From: Azolla caroliniana
Taxonomy: Eukaryota > Plantae > Polypodiophyta
Assembly: GCA_043228905.1 (NCBI GenBank)
Contig: JBHGNT010000011.1
Location: 4,216,001-4,280,000, forward strand
Direction of reading: 5' to 3'
Length of the DNA stretch: 64,000 nt
In this document: positions 62,360 through 64,000 of the stretch, piece by piece
How the letters are laid out: each line of letters starts with the position of its first letter
Position numbering within the stretch: the first letter of the stretch is position 1
Program-made: the position numbers and the translations under genes
Notes under the pieces: generated by a model
Told to the model about the DNA's origin: nothing
Databases searched by the model: none
Seen by the model: only the letters and a program-made list of their open reading frames with translations

Positions 62360-64000
62360 TGTTGAGCGGCAAGCTCAACCGGAGCCGGATCGGCTGAATA
62401 AGCCGAAGCCGGTAAGCGAGACGGATCGGGCGAAACGGATTGGTATGACGGTGAGCAACCGAACCGGCAAGCAGTGGAGGCCGGGTGCAATATGTAACCG
62501 GAAGTCCAATCGGAAGCCTAGTATAGGATAGACTACTAGGTAGCTATAGTCTCGTAGTAAGTGTCAGATGCTCGTGTGAGCATTGAAGTACATGGTACTT
62601 CTATCAGTCCCAAGTGGACTTGTATAAATAGTGCTACTTAGCACAATGTGTGTACAGAGTCTTGATATAATTTTGAAATTGTGTTCTCTCTCTGTCTCTC
62701 TGTCTCTCTGTCTCTCTCTCTATTGTTCTCTATTTTACGCTTCCGCAAACACTTACGTTTACATGGTATCAGAGCGCGAGGGTTGAGAACCTTTGCTGCA
62801 GACATTTACTCTTGAGAAGAAAACCCTAACAGGTTGAAAACAGACACAGTAGAAGACATGGATAGAGGCATGGCTACGTCGCTCCCGGTGGAGAAGCTCA
62901 ACAGGAGCAACTACGCATCCTGGTCTTACAAGATGCACCAGTACCTGCTTGGACACGGGTACTGGAGTTATGTCGAAGGAGCGAATGATGCGGCGCCCGA
63001 CTCGGCACACAAGGACTTCCCGGTATGGGAACAGGCGGCAAGCAGGGTGATGTAGTGCTTCGCGTCCAGTGTCGGCGATCAGCTGCTCAGCCACATCCGT
63101 GACGCCAAGACACCGAAGGATGCTTGGGGGAACATGAAAAAGGTTTTCGCCGCAAGCACCACTGCCCGCAAGCTGCAACTCAGACAGGAGTTGAGCAATG
63201 TTCGACAGAAGAACATGTCTATGGCAGACTACACGGGCCGGATAAAGGAGATCTGCGACTCGCTCGCCTCTATCAATGTTATCGTAGAGGAAGACGAGAT
63301 GGTGCAGGTATGCCTCGGAGGCCTGGCGTCCAAGTTCGGAGCGTTCCGGATTGCGGTGTGTACAAGGGAGAATACCCCCTCATTCTTTGACTTACAATCG
63401 ATGCTCCTTGTAGAGGAGAACCACGCCGGTGCATCTACCAGTGCATCCCCGGACAACCGAATGTTGTACACGGGAACGGATCAGCTCCGTGGGCGTGGTG
63501 GAAGAGGTGGGTCGGCACGCAATAGAGGCGGCCGGCAAGAGCAGGAACGGAAGCACTATGAGCGTGCCGACAGCAGTTCCGGGACTTCCACAAGCAGGGG
63601 GAGTCAAGGCGGTGCCGGAAGCCGGCAAGACAAATCCGCTACGGAATGCTGGTACTGTGGCAAAAAGGGCCACAGGGAAAGCGAGTGCTGGATAAAACGT
63701 GCCGATTCAGACAAATCCGGATCCGGCAAGACCGGTAAGGATGGCCAGCAAAACTCGCACTACGCAAACGGATCAGAAGGATCCGGAACCGGAAAGGCCG
63801 GTAAGGGGCCAACCTTGATGATGAATCACAAGGCAAACTCAATGAAGAAGACCACTTCCAAAACGGAGGAAGTGTGGTATGTTGATTCCGGCGCGTCGAA
63901 CCACATGATGAGCCACAAAGAGTGGTTCTCCTTTCTGGAGAGACCGGATCAACCAGGAGTAGTCGAAACCGGTGACGACACTCCTCACCCAATCGTGCAC
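62360..64000 (+). mobile_element. 5' part of Copia element K (LTR 62360-62763, PBS-iMet 62764-62775, gag-protease from 62858)
   Basis: TGTTGAG..TTTACA; TGGTATCAGAGC; CWYCGKKGHRESEC; WYVDSGASNHM; stop at 63053-63055. Confidence 0.9.

Overview
Eukaryotic, transposon-dense DNA, most consistent with a non-seed land plant such as a fern (inferred from plant-type tRNA primer sites, a Tcn1-like chromovirus and short GT-AG introns). About 85% of the window is a nested stack of roughly 13 Ty3/Gypsy and Ty1/Copia LTR retrotransposons and solo LTRs. Many have recognisable LTR termini, primer-binding sites (PBS), polypurine tracts (PPT) and target-site duplications (TSD). Most are degraded by C>T-type stops and deletions; one Copia (53585-59177) is structurally intact and very young. 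No conventional host gene is evident. Two things stand out. (1) At 1-7511, a DDE-type (DUF7869/Sola-like) transposase lies head-to-head with a six-exon gene encoding a ParB-like domain fused to a bacterial-style beta-class N6A/N4C DNA methyltransferase, suggesting a DNA transposon carrying its own amino-methyltransferase. (2) Four related Gypsy elements have no PPT next to the 3' LTR. Instead they carry a tRNA-3'-half mimic (T-stem, inserted mini-hairpin, acceptor strand, CCA) 2 nt before it, i.e. a second, inverted PBS. All calls are from reading motifs by eye; no database searches were run.
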